Assembly (NCBI GenBank): GCA_038231435.1
Contig: JBBRLJ010000007.1
Coordinates: forward strand, 1-64,000
Length of the DNA stretch: 64,000 bases
Source: Planctomycetota bacterium
GTDB lineage: Bacteria; Planctomycetota; UBA11346
Reading direction: 5' to 3'
Positions 19,080 through 30,000 of this stretch are shown here, in pieces (the stretch's first letter is position 1; every line of letters starts with the position of its first letter). Below the pieces are notes generated by a model that worked only from the letters and a program-made list of their open reading frames with translations, was not told the origin of the DNA and ran no database searches. The position numbers and the translations under genes are program-made.

Positions 19080-21533
19080 ATGACCGAACTCGACAACGGA
19101 CTCCGCTTCGCCGACGCCACGCCGATGGCTCCCCGTGGCCTCGGAAACCTGGTCAGGGACCATTTTTCCAACGGCCGGGTATTCGCCACCGTCGGCTGGC
19201 ACGGTGGCCTGGTCGACGTCTCGTATTGGGGGCGCCAGCATCTTGCCGCGGGCGGCTTCTTCAAAGGCGGTTTGGAGAGCGCATGGACCAAGCTGTTCCG
19301 TCCGTGCCTCGGGCTCGGGAGCAAGCGCTACTACCTGCCGCTGGCCGAGACCAGGCTCTTCCCCTTCGGCCACTCCGGTCGCAGCCGCGTGATCGGCGTC
19401 GATGTGGCGCAGGAGCTGCTGCTGCTCCCCGATGCGGTGGTGCAGCGGTTCACGGTGCTGCGCAACCCCAAGAAGCTCCCGGTCTTCACCGAGATGTTCC
19501 ACCAGGAGGGGATCGTGGCGGTGCAGCAGGCGCACCGCGCCTGGCAGCCGTTCGAGTCCGACGCCGCATCCAATGCGATGATCGCGTCGTGCACCGACGA
19601 GAATCCCCTGGAATATCGCGGTGACGATTCCCTGTCGCAGCGCGGACTCGGTCTGGTGGTCAAGGACGCGCCCCGCGCGACCACCTGGATCGGCATCGGC
19701 TGCGATGCGCCGATGCGGACCAGGCGTTCGGCCAACGGCTTCAAGCTGTACTTCACCAGCGCGCCAACACCCGCGAGCCGCACAAAATCGCTCTCCTTCT
19801 TCGTGGTCTTCGCCTCGAGCAGGGAGGAGCTGGTGCTGCGGCTCGGCAGGCTGTCGAAGCACGTGAACCGGGAATGCGATGAGCTGATAGCGGGATACGA
19901 GGGGCGGTTGGCGTCACGGCCGCGCGTCGATGTCGGCGATCCGGTCTTGAACTCGGCCTTCGCCCAATGTCCCGAGATCATCCACGCCATGAAGGTGCAC
20001 GATCGGCCGGGGGCGGCGCGCGCCTCGCAGGCGGGGGGCTTCGTCTGGGGCTGGGACGGCATGATGCCGATGGTTCCCTGCACCTGGGCGAACGAGCCCG
20101 AGTACACCGCGGCCATCCTGCGCTTCTTCCATCAGCATCGCCACGATGGCATCGGGCTGCCCCTGCAGTTCACCACCGCGTTCGAGCCGAGACTGAAGGA
20201 ACCGTTCCCGGCCCAGGCGCAATTCATCGCCGGATTGTACCAGTACGTCGCCACCACCGGAGACCTGACCGTGGCCAGGGAGGTGATGCCGACGTGCCGC
20301 TTCATCCTCGACCGCTGTCGCGAGCGCGTGGTGGGGGGTACCGGCCTGGTCGCGGGAAACGCATTGTGGCCGGATTTCCCCGAGGCCATGGACGAGGATG
20401 GGCGGGATATCAGCTCCTTGAACAATTCCCTGTTCTATCAGGGCCTGCGCTCGATGGAGCACCTCGCCGCCGCGCTCGGAGATGCGCCCCTGGCCGTCGA
20501 ATGCCGTGACTGGGCGGCCCGGTTGCGCGCGAGCTTCGTGAAGCATCTGTACGATGCCGATCAAGGGACCTTCATCTCGTCGTGCTCGGCGGTCGACCTG
20601 AAGCCCAGGAACCATCATTGCGGGCAGGCGATCTTCTGGCTGACGCCGTTCGCGCGCGAACTGGTGGCGCATGCGCCGGGCCGCATCGCCGCCTTCATGG
20701 CCACGCACCTGCGTTCGGCGAAATGCCTGCTCACCCTGCCGCAATGGGATGCGGCGTGGATGGCCGACGGGAACCAGCTCGGATCGAGTTTTCCACCGGC
20801 GGATCTCGCCTACCTGAACCTGTACAAGCTCATTGGCGACGATGCGGGCCTGTGCGCCTGGCTGGGGGACGTGGATTGGTTCTGGCGCTACCACACCGTG
20901 CCCGAGGCCTTCACCCCCGAAGCCGAGAACGAGGATGCCTTCGGCCCCGACAACCATGGCGGCAAGCAGCTGCAGGCCGTCTCGACCTGGTACAGCTGCC
21001 TGTTCAGCGGAGTCGCCGGCCTGGATGTGGACCACGAGGGGATCACGGTGACGCCGTGCGGCGGCATGCCGGTAGACATCCGCGGCCTGCGCCTGCGCGG
21101 AACGTCGATCGACCTGCGCATCAGCGGTCGTGGCTCGCACATCCGATCCATGCGCCTCGATGGCAAGCTGCTGCCCGCCGGCACGCGCAAGATCGCCTGG
21201 GCGGCATTCTCCCGCAAACGCATGCGCCTCGAGGTGGTGCGCACGGTCAAGGCCCCGGACCATCCGGTGATCGTCCGCGCCGATGGCCTGCGCGTGATGG
21301 CGGTGACTGCCGCATCGGGCAGGCTCTCGGCGCGCGTCCAGGGCGACATGTCCGGTGAGGCGGTGATCCAAGTGACACCACGCGCACGCGTGCTCGTCGA
21401 CGGCGGCCTGGTGGTGGTGGCGGCGCGCGAATCCTCGACTGGTTGCGTCAGCGTGCCGTGCCCGCCCGGCAGGGAGATCTCGTTGGATGTCGCTTCCGGC
21501 CCCGTGCGCCGTCGGGTCCGCGCTGGCGCCTAG
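19080..21533 (+). CDS. Six-hairpin (alpha/alpha)6 glycosidase-like protein (GH63/MGH1/amylo-1,6-glucosidase-like)
   Basis: 817 aa. VWGWDG, YVATTGD, NSLFYQGLRSMEHLAAALGD, VPE, LFSGVAGL..GITVTP. Confidence 0.7.
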   Translation: MTELDNGLRFADATPMAPRGLGNLVRDHFSNGRVFATVGWHGGLVDVSYWGRQHLAAGGFFKGGLESAWTKLFRPCLGLGSKRYYLPLAETRLFPFGHSGRSRVIGVDVAQELLLLPDAVVQRFTVLRNPKKLPVFTEMFHQEGIVAVQQAHRAWQPFESDAASNAMIASCTDENPLEYRGDDSLSQRGLGLVVKDAPRATTWIGIGCDAPMRTRRSANGFKLYFTSAPTPASRTKSLSFFVVFASSREELVLRLGRLSKHVNRECDELIAGYEGRLASRPRVDVGDPVLNSAFAQCPEIIHAMKVHDRPGAARASQAGGFVWGWDGMMPMVPCTWANEPEYTAAILRFFHQHRHDGIGLPLQFTTAFEPRLKEPFPAQAQFIAGLYQYVATTGDLTVAREVMPTCRFILDRCRERVVGGTGLVAGNALWPDFPEAMDEDGRDISSLNNSLFYQGLRSMEHLAAALGDAPLAVECRDWAARLRASFVKHLYDADQGTFISSCSAVDLKPRNHHCGQAIFWLTPFARELVAHAPGRIAAFMATHLRSAKCLLTLPQWDAAWMADGNQLGSSFPPADLAYLNLYKLIGDDAGLCAWLGDVDWFWRYHTVPEAFTPEAENEDAFGPDNHGGKQLQAVSTWYSCLFSGVAGLDVDHEGITVTPCGGMPVDIRGLRLRGTSIDLRISGRGSHIRSMRLDGKLLPAGTRKIAWAAFSRKRMRLEVVRTVKAPDHPVIVRADGLRVMAVTAASGRLSARVQGDMSGEAVIQVTPRARVLVDGGLVVVAARESSTGCVSVPCPPGREISLDVASGPVRRRVRAGA

Positions 21534-21765
21534 CGCCAGCGCGGGCCGGTAAGCGTATCAGGTGACCGCGCGCGCGGCGTGCGGCCTCAGTGCATGAGGC
21601 CGTGGTGATCGGCAGTGATTGGCGGGCGGGCTCACGCCGCGGTTGCAACTCCCGAGGGATATCCGAGGTATAATCATCCATGTCGAGCGAGCCTCGCCTG
21701 GAGCTGTCCGTGCACGTCCGATCGCACCCGTCTTTCCGTCAAACGCCTGCCGAGCCGCTGCACAC

Positions 21766-24700
21766 GTGACCGACCTCGACCAGACGGGACCCAGTCCAGC
21801 CGAAGCCGGCGGCAGGGACGCACAGGCCAGCGTGTCATTGCCCGGACTCAGCCTCGATCAGCGCCTACGCGATCGCGGGCTCCTGTACGACCTCGCATCC
21901 GAGGTCGTCGCCAGCGAGAGACGCTTCGAGTGCAGGCGCCTGCTCGGGATGGGATCCGGAGGCGTCGTCTACTCGGTGCATGATCACAGCCTCGATCGCG
22001 ATGTGGCGGTGAAGCTGCAGGCCGCGAGCGCATCGTCGGCATCACGTGGTCCGATCGATGCCTTCGTCAGCGAGGCCCGCATCGCCTCGAGTCTCGAGCA
22101 TCCGAACATCCTGCCGATCTACGATGTCGAGATCACTGACGAGGGCGTGGTGTTCTTCGTGATGAAGCAGGTGGAGGGGATCTCGCTGGGCACGGCGGTC
22201 GAGGGCTCAACGTGGGACCAGCGATCTGCGAAGATCGCGACCTGCAACGAGATCGTCACCATCTTCGTGAATGTGCTGCAGGCCGTCGCCTACGCCCACA
22301 GCCGGAAGATCCTGCATCAAGACGTGAAGCCCGACAACATCATGCTCGGCACTTACGGCGAGGTGCTGCTCGTCGATTGGGGCGCGGCCCGCAAGGGGGA
22401 GTCCGTCAAGGAGGAGATCTACGGCACCCCACTGTACATGAGCCCCGAACAGGCGCGCCGCGATTACGCGGACCGCCGCAGCGACGTGTACTGCGTGGCG
22501 GCGAGCATGTTCCATGCCCTGACCCTGCGGTTGCCGACCTGGGCGGACGATCCCGAGGAATTCTGGCGCAAGAAACGCGCAGGCCTCATCGACCCGCTCA
22601 CCGAGCGCGAGCGCTCCTGGATGCCGAGGCCATTGATCGCAATCGTCCTGCGCGCGCTGGAATCCTCGCCCGGCGAGCGGTACGCATCGGCCGCCGAGAT
22701 GCTCGTCGATCTGCAGAACTACCAGGCGGGGCTCGCGATCAGCGCGTACCGCGAACCGTGGCTGGCGCGCGTGGCGCAGTGGCACCGGCGCACCTGGAAG
22801 ATCACCTGGTCGATAGCGGCGGCGGCGGCGTCGGTGATCGTCCTGGTCGCCGTGCTCTATGGCGAACGGCTCAAGGAGACCGCTTCGTGGGGAAGGCCGG
22901 TCTATCGCGATGACTTCACCGATTCGACACGCTGGGAGAACGGATGGACGACCACCGCCGGTTCCTACGTGGTCCGCGACGGCATGCTGGAGACCACGGC
23001 GCCGAACGAGTCGATCACCTATTATTCCCGCCACCTGTCTGGACCCATGGCGATCGAATACGACGGGCGGCTGCTTCCCGGCAGCATGCCGTGCGATCTG
23101 TCGATCGTCTTCACTCCGGATTCGCCGTTCGCCCAGGCGACGGGCGGCGGGAAACCGTCGCGACTCTATCAGCTGAAGGTCGGTGCCTACGACAACACCA
23201 TGGTCGGCATCTACGGTCCGGAGAAGCTCCTCGACTCCAACCCCTTCCAGGTGAAACCGGATCGTCCCTATCGCATCCGCGGAGAGATCGATGGCGACAG
23301 CATCCGGATCCTGGTGGATGGGGTGCTGCTCTGCGAGCATCACGAGTCGGTGCCATTCACTGGCGGCTGGATCGGATTGTACGGGTACTATCCAGGCAAG
23401 GCGTTCGACGACCTGCGGATCTATACCAAAGGGATCCCCGAGAAGGTCAGCGCCTTGGCAATCGGCGACCACGATTTCTTCGAGCGGCGCTACGATGAGG
23501 CGGCGAGTGACTACCAGCATGTCGCCTCGGTCCATGCCGGCAGGGCCATCGGCAACGAAGCTGCGTACAAATACGGTCTCGCGCTGCGCATGGCCGGAAA
23601 GGATACCCTCGCGTACGCCTGGTGGGACTCGATGTCCGACGCCCATTGGCTGGGCGTGGTCGCCTGCCATCGGCTCGAGGATCGCCTGTCCGTTGGCGAT
23701 TACCCCGCTGTCGCCGCCGGGATAGCGGAACTGTTCCCGCACTCGGCCCTGCGCCGGCGCCTCTACGATCTGTGGAACGAGGCCGCCGAACGCAGCGCCA
23801 AGGATCAGGATCCCGGCATGGCGCACGCAGGACGGACCGGATTGATCGCGGTCCGCGACCGCCTCTTCCCGCACGAACGGGCCACCGCCACGGCGGCCGC
23901 CCGACTCCTGCAGCGCCTCGGTATGAACAAGGAGCTGCTCGAGCAATATCCAGAGCAGGTGGTCATCTGCAGCGAGACCCTGCGCATGCTGGGCCGGCAG
24001 GACGAGATCCTCGCGCGTTATGCCGACCGACCGTTCCTCGCCGCCACCGCCCTCATCGATCAGGGCCGTTTCGCCGAGGCCCTGGCCATGCCCTCGGCGC
24101 CGCGTTGGGCGGTCGAAGGGGCACACGATATGGACGGGAGCGATCCAGGCCCGACTCCAGAGCAGCTGGATGTCATCGTCGGCGATGCCAGGGCGGATCG
24201 ATCCGATCGGGTGCGCGCGTCGTGCCTGCTCGGCCGCTACGACGAGGCGTTGGCGCTGCTCGCGAGCACGCCCCCGTCCCCGCTGAACGACGAACGCGAG
24301 GATGTGTCACGGTTCGAGGTGCTGGCGCTCGCTGGCCGCTTCAATCAGGTGCACGCGGCATCGGGGCCGGGCGGATCGGAGGCGGCACATGCGTTCGTCG
24401 AACTGGTTTCCGGCGATGAGCGCGCCGGCTTGGCGATCCTGGAGCAGATCGCGCCACGACCGACGGCCTACAACGAGTTCACCCATTGGTTTGGCGATGG
24501 TCTGGCCCGCCCGCTCGCGCTCTCGCTGCGCGGCGACCGTAGCGTCTTCGGCAACGCCCTGGACGAGCTCATGCAGGATCGCTGGCACTTCCAGCAACGA
24601 CCGTGGCATTGCGCCAGCTTCATCGCCGGCCGGATCGATGAGCAGCAGTTCCTCAGTCAGCCATATCGTACCGGAGCCGACATCCTGCTGCTGGTGGTAA

Positions 24701-24930
24701 AAGGCATGCGCGCCGAATGGGCAGGTGACCAGGCGGCCGCGCTCGCCAGCTACCAAGCATTCCGCGATCTACCCCCGGTGCGGAAAGGGATCTTCGGCAG
24801 GCCTTTCGTCTATGCGCAGAGCAGTCAGACCCTGCGTCACCATGAGCGCGATCCGGCGCTCGAGACATTCGTCGCGTGGCGAATCCGCCAGCTCGCCGCT
24901 GTGCCGCCCGCCGAAGCACCGATCCGTTGA
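21766..24930 (+). CDS. Membrane Ser/Thr protein kinase 1 (non-RD; kinase, TM, beta-sandwich, TPR-like)
   Basis: GMGSGGVV, VAVK, HPNI, HQDVKPDN, DWG, GTPLYMSPE, DVY, then a TM and a ConA/DUF1080-like region. Start uncertain (ORF open from 21619; GTG at 21766 chosen). Confidence 0.88.
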   Translation: MTDLDQTGPSPAEAGGRDAQASVSLPGLSLDQRLRDRGLLYDLASEVVASERRFECRRLLGMGSGGVVYSVHDHSLDRDVAVKLQAASASSASRGPIDAFVSEARIASSLEHPNILPIYDVEITDEGVVFFVMKQVEGISLGTAVEGSTWDQRSAKIATCNEIVTIFVNVLQAVAYAHSRKILHQDVKPDNIMLGTYGEVLLVDWGAARKGESVKEEIYGTPLYMSPEQARRDYADRRSDVYCVAASMFHALTLRLPTWADDPEEFWRKKRAGLIDPLTERERSWMPRPLIAIVLRALESSPGERYASAAEMLVDLQNYQAGLAISAYREPWLARVAQWHRRTWKITWSIAAAAASVIVLVAVLYGERLKETASWGRPVYRDDFTDSTRWENGWTTTAGSYVVRDGMLETTAPNESITYYSRHLSGPMAIEYDGRLLPGSMPCDLSIVFTPDSPFAQATGGGKPSRLYQLKVGAYDNTMVGIYGPEKLLDSNPFQVKPDRPYRIRGEIDGDSIRILVDGVLLCEHHESVPFTGGWIGLYGYYPGKAFDDLRIYTKGIPEKVSALAIGDHDFFERRYDEAASDYQHVASVHAGRAIGNEAAYKYGLALRMAGKDTLAYAWWDSMSDAHWLGVVACHRLEDRLSVGDYPAVAAGIAELFPHSALRRRLYDLWNEAAERSAKDQDPGMAHAGRTGLIAVRDRLFPHERATATAAARLLQRLGMNKELLEQYPEQVVICSETLRMLGRQDEILARYADRPFLAATALIDQGRFAEALAMPSAPRWAVEGAHDMDGSDPGPTPEQLDVIVGDARADRSDRVRASCLLGRYDEALALLASTPPSPLNDEREDVSRFEVLALAGRFNQVHAASGPGGSEAAHAFVELVSGDERAGLAILEQIAPRPTAYNEFTHWFGDGLARPLALSLRGDRSVFGNALDELMQDRWHFQQRPWHCASFIAGRIDEQQFLSQPYRTGADILLLVVKGMRAEWAGDQAAALASYQAFRDLPPVRKGIFGRPFVYAQSSQTLRHHERDPALETFVAWRIRQLAAVPPAEAPIR

Positions 24931-24944
24931 CGGATCGCCCGGGA

Positions 24945-27017
24945 TCAATGTTCGGGCTGGCGCGCTTCCGCCTGCTCCGGTGACGGAGCATCGCTGCGGA
25001 ATGGGCATGCCGGCCAGCCGGCGCCGTTGACGAGGTTGCAGGTCGGATTCTCTGCCCATGCATAGCGGATCGCAATCGGCTTGGGCACTTCTCCACTCCA
25101 GGCCACGATGGAATCGCGCGGCTTGCCGCTACTCGCATGCTCGATCCGCGCCTGTGCCCAATGCCATTGGCGGTCCTCGCCGCGGATCGCGAAGCCCTGG
25201 ATCTCGCTCCCCTGGCTGGGCAGCGCGAGCGGCGCGGTCTCGGCGCTGGCGGGATCCGGTGAGCGGTAGCCCACGACGTAGTTGGCTGGCAGCGGCTTGG
25301 CGACGAGGATCCCGTCGGGGTTGGTGAAGGTCACGCGCATGTTCGCGCCCTCGATGGAGATCGCGTCGAACACCGGACCAGAGCAGATCGCGGTCTCGCC
25401 GTACACCTGCGACAGGGCGATCTTCGCCAGGCGTTCGCCCGGATCGCGTTTGTTGCGCGGATGGAGATCGGCATCGGCGGTATCGATCAGCACCGCCTCG
25501 CCCGTGCGCGGCAGCTTCAGTGCGAGCGACTGGGCTTCGCGCAGCTCCGCCCACTGGTTCTCACCGGGCTCCGGCGACTTGGCGCCGTGATTGGGCAGCT
25601 GGCAGAGCAGGAAGGGCAGTTCGGAGCCCAGCCTGTCGCGCCAATCGGCGATCATCCGCGGGAAGACGCGACGGTAGACATCGGGCTGCCAGGTGTTGCC
25701 TTCTCCCTGGTACCAGATCACGCCCGTGAACGCGAACGGCCGTAGTGGATTGAGCATGCCGTCGTACAGCGACGATGGCGAGAAGTGATCGTAGAAATCC
25801 TTCACCGGCGGAATGCCCGGGTAGGCGTCCTTGGCGGCGGCGTCGAGCGGTTCGAAGGCGAATTCGGATCTGGCCAGCCATTCGCCAGCCAGCAGGGGAT
25901 TGCGCTTGGCATCGAAGCGCAACGACGCGCCGCCGGCGGGGGTGAAGAGGCGGATGGCGAGCGTTGCCGTGCCCGCGCGCACGCGCTCGGCCTTGACCCG
26001 GATGGTCCACGCCGGCTCCCAGGACACCGCGAAGCGCTGGGTGTCGGGCGTCACCTCGTCGATCTTCTCGCCGTTCCAGTATACCGAGCCCAGCTCGAGC
26101 TTGTCGAACGTCAGGGTCAGCTCCTTGCCGGCCTGCCCCGCGTCGATCGCAATGGAGCGACGTACCCAGGCCGCGCCAGTGTCGGGCAGGCCCGCATCCG
26201 CCAGGGTTCCCGGTAGCGTGACCGGCGTCCAGCCCGCCGTGTCCGCCGCAGGATCCGCGAATACCGCGGGGTCGCCGGGATGATCCTGGCGATGGTGCTC
26301 CTGCGTCCACGCGGAGAGTCGCGCGACGTGCTCGCGGAAACGTTGCGGCAGTCCGAGGAACCGATCGCGATCGCGCAGGGCGTCGGCTTCGAGGTTCCCG
26401 ATGCTGGTCCACGACTGCGCCGAGCTGGCGGGGTAGGCCGCGTTGACCAGGCCGATCGGCCGCTTCAGCTTTTCCTGCAGCGTCTTGCCGAAGAAGTACG
26501 CGACCGCCGAGAATTTTCCCGAGTCGGCCGGTCCGGCCACCGTCCACGCGCCCTCGACCCGTTCCTGCGGAGCGGCCGCGACCGTCTCGGCGACCTTGAA
26601 TTGGCGCAGCGATGGGTTGGCCGAATGATCGATCTCGTTGACGGCGCCGAGCGCGCCATCGAGGCTGAACGCCATGTTCGACTGTCCGCTGCACAGCCAC
26701 ACATCGCCGACCAGCACGTCCTTCACCACGATCCTGGCGCGCCCTTCCACCACCAGCTCGTCTGGACCCGCAGGTGCTCCGGCGAGATCCATCTCCACCG
26801 TCCAGCGGCCATCCGCGCCGGCGGTGCCAGTGCCGCGCGCCTTGCCGAGACTCACGATGATCCGGTCTCCGGTGTTCGCCCAGCCCCAGATGCGGCAGTG
26901 TGGCGATCGCTGCAGGACCGCGTGGTCGGAGATGATGCTGGGCAGCGAGAGGTCGGCGCCGGCAGCGAAGCCAGTGCACGCCATGAGCGCGAGAGCGGAT
27001 GCGATGCTGGTGGCCAT
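24945..27017 (-). CDS. Sialate O-acetylesterase (SGNH/SASA family) with inserted sugar-binding-like domain
   Basis: Signal peptide, SDHAVLQR, GDVWLCSGQSNM, FSAVAYFFG, GVIWYQGEGN, LREAQ, DLHPRNK, RYAW..NP..NL..PFR. Confidence 0.9.
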   Translation of the reverse strand: MATSIASALALMACTGFAAGADLSLPSIISDHAVLQRSPHCRIWGWANTGDRIIVSLGKARGTGTAGADGRWTVEMDLAGAPAGPDELVVEGRARIVVKDVLVGDVWLCSGQSNMAFSLDGALGAVNEIDHSANPSLRQFKVAETVAAAPQERVEGAWTVAGPADSGKFSAVAYFFGKTLQEKLKRPIGLVNAAYPASSAQSWTSIGNLEADALRDRDRFLGLPQRFREHVARLSAWTQEHHRQDHPGDPAVFADPAADTAGWTPVTLPGTLADAGLPDTGAAWVRRSIAIDAGQAGKELTLTFDKLELGSVYWNGEKIDEVTPDTQRFAVSWEPAWTIRVKAERVRAGTATLAIRLFTPAGGASLRFDAKRNPLLAGEWLARSEFAFEPLDAAAKDAYPGIPPVKDFYDHFSPSSLYDGMLNPLRPFAFTGVIWYQGEGNTWQPDVYRRVFPRMIADWRDRLGSELPFLLCQLPNHGAKSPEPGENQWAELREAQSLALKLPRTGEAVLIDTADADLHPRNKRDPGERLAKIALSQVYGETAICSGPVFDAISIEGANMRVTFTNPDGILVAKPLPANYVVGYRSPDPASAETAPLALPSQGSEIQGFAIRGEDRQWHWAQARIEHASSGKPRDSIVAWSGEVPKPIAIRYAWAENPTCNLVNGAGWPACPFRSDAPSPEQAEARQPEH

Positions 27018-27070
27018 GGATGCTCCGGAGGAATGGATGAGCCGGCAGGAGCCCGGTGCGCCGGAGGCGA

Positions 27071-30000
27071 TCACGGATCCCGGTCGACGGTGCCCAGGCG
27101 GACTGCGTCCACCGGCATCGGCACCTCGATGTCGTTCGCGCCCCAGAAGCTCGGGATGGTCGAACTGGGCCACAGCTCGATGCGGTTCACCCCGGGCACG
27201 AGATACGGCGTGAGGTTGATGTCGCAGCGCGGCGGGAAGGGATGGAGATAGATGATGGTGGTGATCAGGCGCCCATTCACGACCACGGCGCCGACCCACT
27301 GCGACGGGGTTTCGAGGTGCATGAAGACGTTCTTTCCGTTCCACGCAGCAGGCAGCGCGACCTCGCGCGCCAGGTAGCGGCCGGTAGGCGCGCCCGGCAG
27401 GGTCGCTGCCTGGTCATGGCGGAGATCGGCGGCGACCACGCGCCATTCCCCGGCGAGCTCCGTCGTCGCGGTGAACGTCGATTCGGGTTCCAGCCATACC
27501 GTGCCGGCCATGCCCGCGAACACGGTCCCGCCCTGGACGCGTACCGTCAGCACGTTCGCGCCCCCGCGCAGCATCGAGGTCACGTCGTACGCGTAGGCCT
27601 GGCTCCCCTTGTGCGCCCGGTACTCGCAGACCTTGGTGCCATTGACCAGGAATTCGCCCTGATCATACACGATCGGCAGATCCCAATCGTAGAAGCGCAG
27701 GATCACCCGCCGCCCAGCCCAAGCCGCGGGCACGGTGAACCCCGCGCGATAGAGCCCCGCGCCGTGCCAATCGGCCAGGGCCGGATCGGACAGGTTCCAT
27801 GGTCCGCTGTCCTGCCAGCTCCAGGTCGAGTCGTCGAATCCCGGCTGGAGCCAGCGCGGATCGGCGCCCGCGGAGCCGTCGCGATCGGCATGGAAGCGCC
27901 AGCGGCTGAACTGGATGTTCTCCACCGCGGCTTCCGTGTCGGGACCACCGTCAGGTTTGGACTTCGCGAAGCGTGCCGCCATGGCCGCCACCGCGGGAGA
28001 CGATGCCGCGGCCGGGCGCCGCCAGTAGGTCGTCTTCTCGGCCCACCAGGACGGCAATGCATCGACCAGGTTCGCGCGCTTGCAGCCGAAGATGCGCACT
28101 GCGTACGGATCGAAGCGCACTCCGGGTATGGAGACGAAGCCGTCAGCGTACGTCGCCGCGACCGGCTTGCGCTCGATCAGGTCCCAGACTTCAGCAGGCT
28201 TCGCGCCTACCGCCAGCCGCAGGTCGGCGCGCTGCTCGGCGTCGGTGGCGTTGCAGGTCACCAGCCAATCCTGCAGTCCGTTCTTGGTCGTGGCCTTGCG
28301 CGCCCAGATGCGGGCGCTGGATGCGTCGGCGTCGCGGATGACGCCGACATCCCCGAGCAGGTGTTCGATGAACGCCGACTGGAGCGTCTGCTGAACACCG
28401 CCCGTATCCGGAGCGACGGCATCCGCCTTCTTCCAGAACGGCGAGCCGATCTGGATCACCCGGCCCTTGCCGATCGAGCGTGAGACGATGGCCATGCCGC
28501 CATCGTCCCAGGTCGCCAAGGCCACGGGTGCGTCCCCGACCGCGACCGTGGCGGCGCCCGGAGCGATTGCCGAGAAGGCGACGCCGTCGCCGGTGAATTC
28601 ACGGCCGCCCCAGGCTTTCAGCACGCTCGGCGCAGCGGCGATGCGCAGTCTACCCGCGCCGTGGGGAGTCGATGTCACGCCGGTGAGCCGCGACAGCGGA
28701 TACGTGCGGGGGTCCACGCTGGTGTGCATGCCGGTCTGGTGCAGGGCGATGTAGGTGCCTCCGCGCTCGATGTAGCGTTGCAGGGCCGCGACGATGTCGT
28801 CGTCCATGATGTCGTTGCCCGCATCGAGCAGCACCGGGCAGCGATCGGTCTGGCCGGAGAGCAGCTCGGACTCGGTGGCGTAGGCGTTGTCGAAATGGGC
28901 TGCCTGGAGGTCTCCGCGCCCGAGATCCCAATTCCATGGCTCCGAACTGCCGAGCCGGTCGGTCCGCGACGAACGGAAGATCGTCACCTGGGGGAAGGCG
29001 CGCAGGTATTTTCCGAAGCAGGCGATGACGCGCTTATTCTTGGTGAACCATCCGGTCTTCTGCTCCTCTATCTGGTAGTCCTCGATATCCCAGAACAGGT
29101 TGTGGTTCGAATCCGCGTCGATCATGATCCAGCCGAGTTCGCGCGAGAGGATGGGAGTCGAGGCGGTGCCCGATTCCTCGCTGGTGCCGTAGAATCCGGC
29201 CAACAGGCCCAGTCCCGGGAACCACGGATGGTACCAGGCCTCACGGCCGGTGTGCTGGAGGCTCGCGCCGTACTCCCCGCCGAGGCTCGACATCTGGTCG
29301 AGCAGCTTGCCGACATCGCCCGAGAGGATGAGCGGGTGGTCCGGATCCACCGCCATCGCGGTGTCGAACATCGCGCGATGCGATGCGAGGCTCCCGGCGG
29401 TCTGCCAATCGCGCAGGTCGACGAATCGGGCATTCGCGTGCGCGCCGAGGTCTGGATAGGACTTGGGCTCGCTGGCGGTGAGGAACACCGGGCCGATGAG
29501 CTTGCCTTCCGAATTCGCATCGTCGCCGCGACGAGGCAGACGCAGGATCAGGATGTTGCGGCCGGCTTTCAGCCTGCCGCCGATTGGAAATGAAATCGGC
29601 CGCGCATCGGGGGTCGCCTCTTCGCCGAGCTTGTCGCCGTTGAGCCAGGCGATGGTCGGGTGATCTGAGCGCACGCGCGCGTTGCACGCCAACCAGGCCT
29701 GCGCCCGCCCCGCCCAGTCGGTGGCGTCGAACTCCACCCGGTAGAAGGCGTCACCCCACGGCAGCAGCGCCTGCTGCTGGGATGGCGGCATCTCCACCTG
29801 GATCCAAGAAGCATCGTCCGCCGGCGGCGGCGTGTCGCGGCCATGCGCCGCTACCCACCGCCATCCATCCGACAGGCGTTTGCAGGTGCCGTCGAGCGCC
29901 CCGAAGAAGCCATTTGCGTCGGGGATCTCGACCTGGTCCCAATTCGAGTAGCGCTGGGGATCCCCGTACCAGTGCGTGCCCAGCGCGGCGAGATCGAATT

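Noticed and set aside
21636..21648. Operator-like half site (cgcggttgcaa) upstream of kinase 1
   Set aside because: Lacks the ACCGGT core and palindromic left arm. Not counted among the seven copies.
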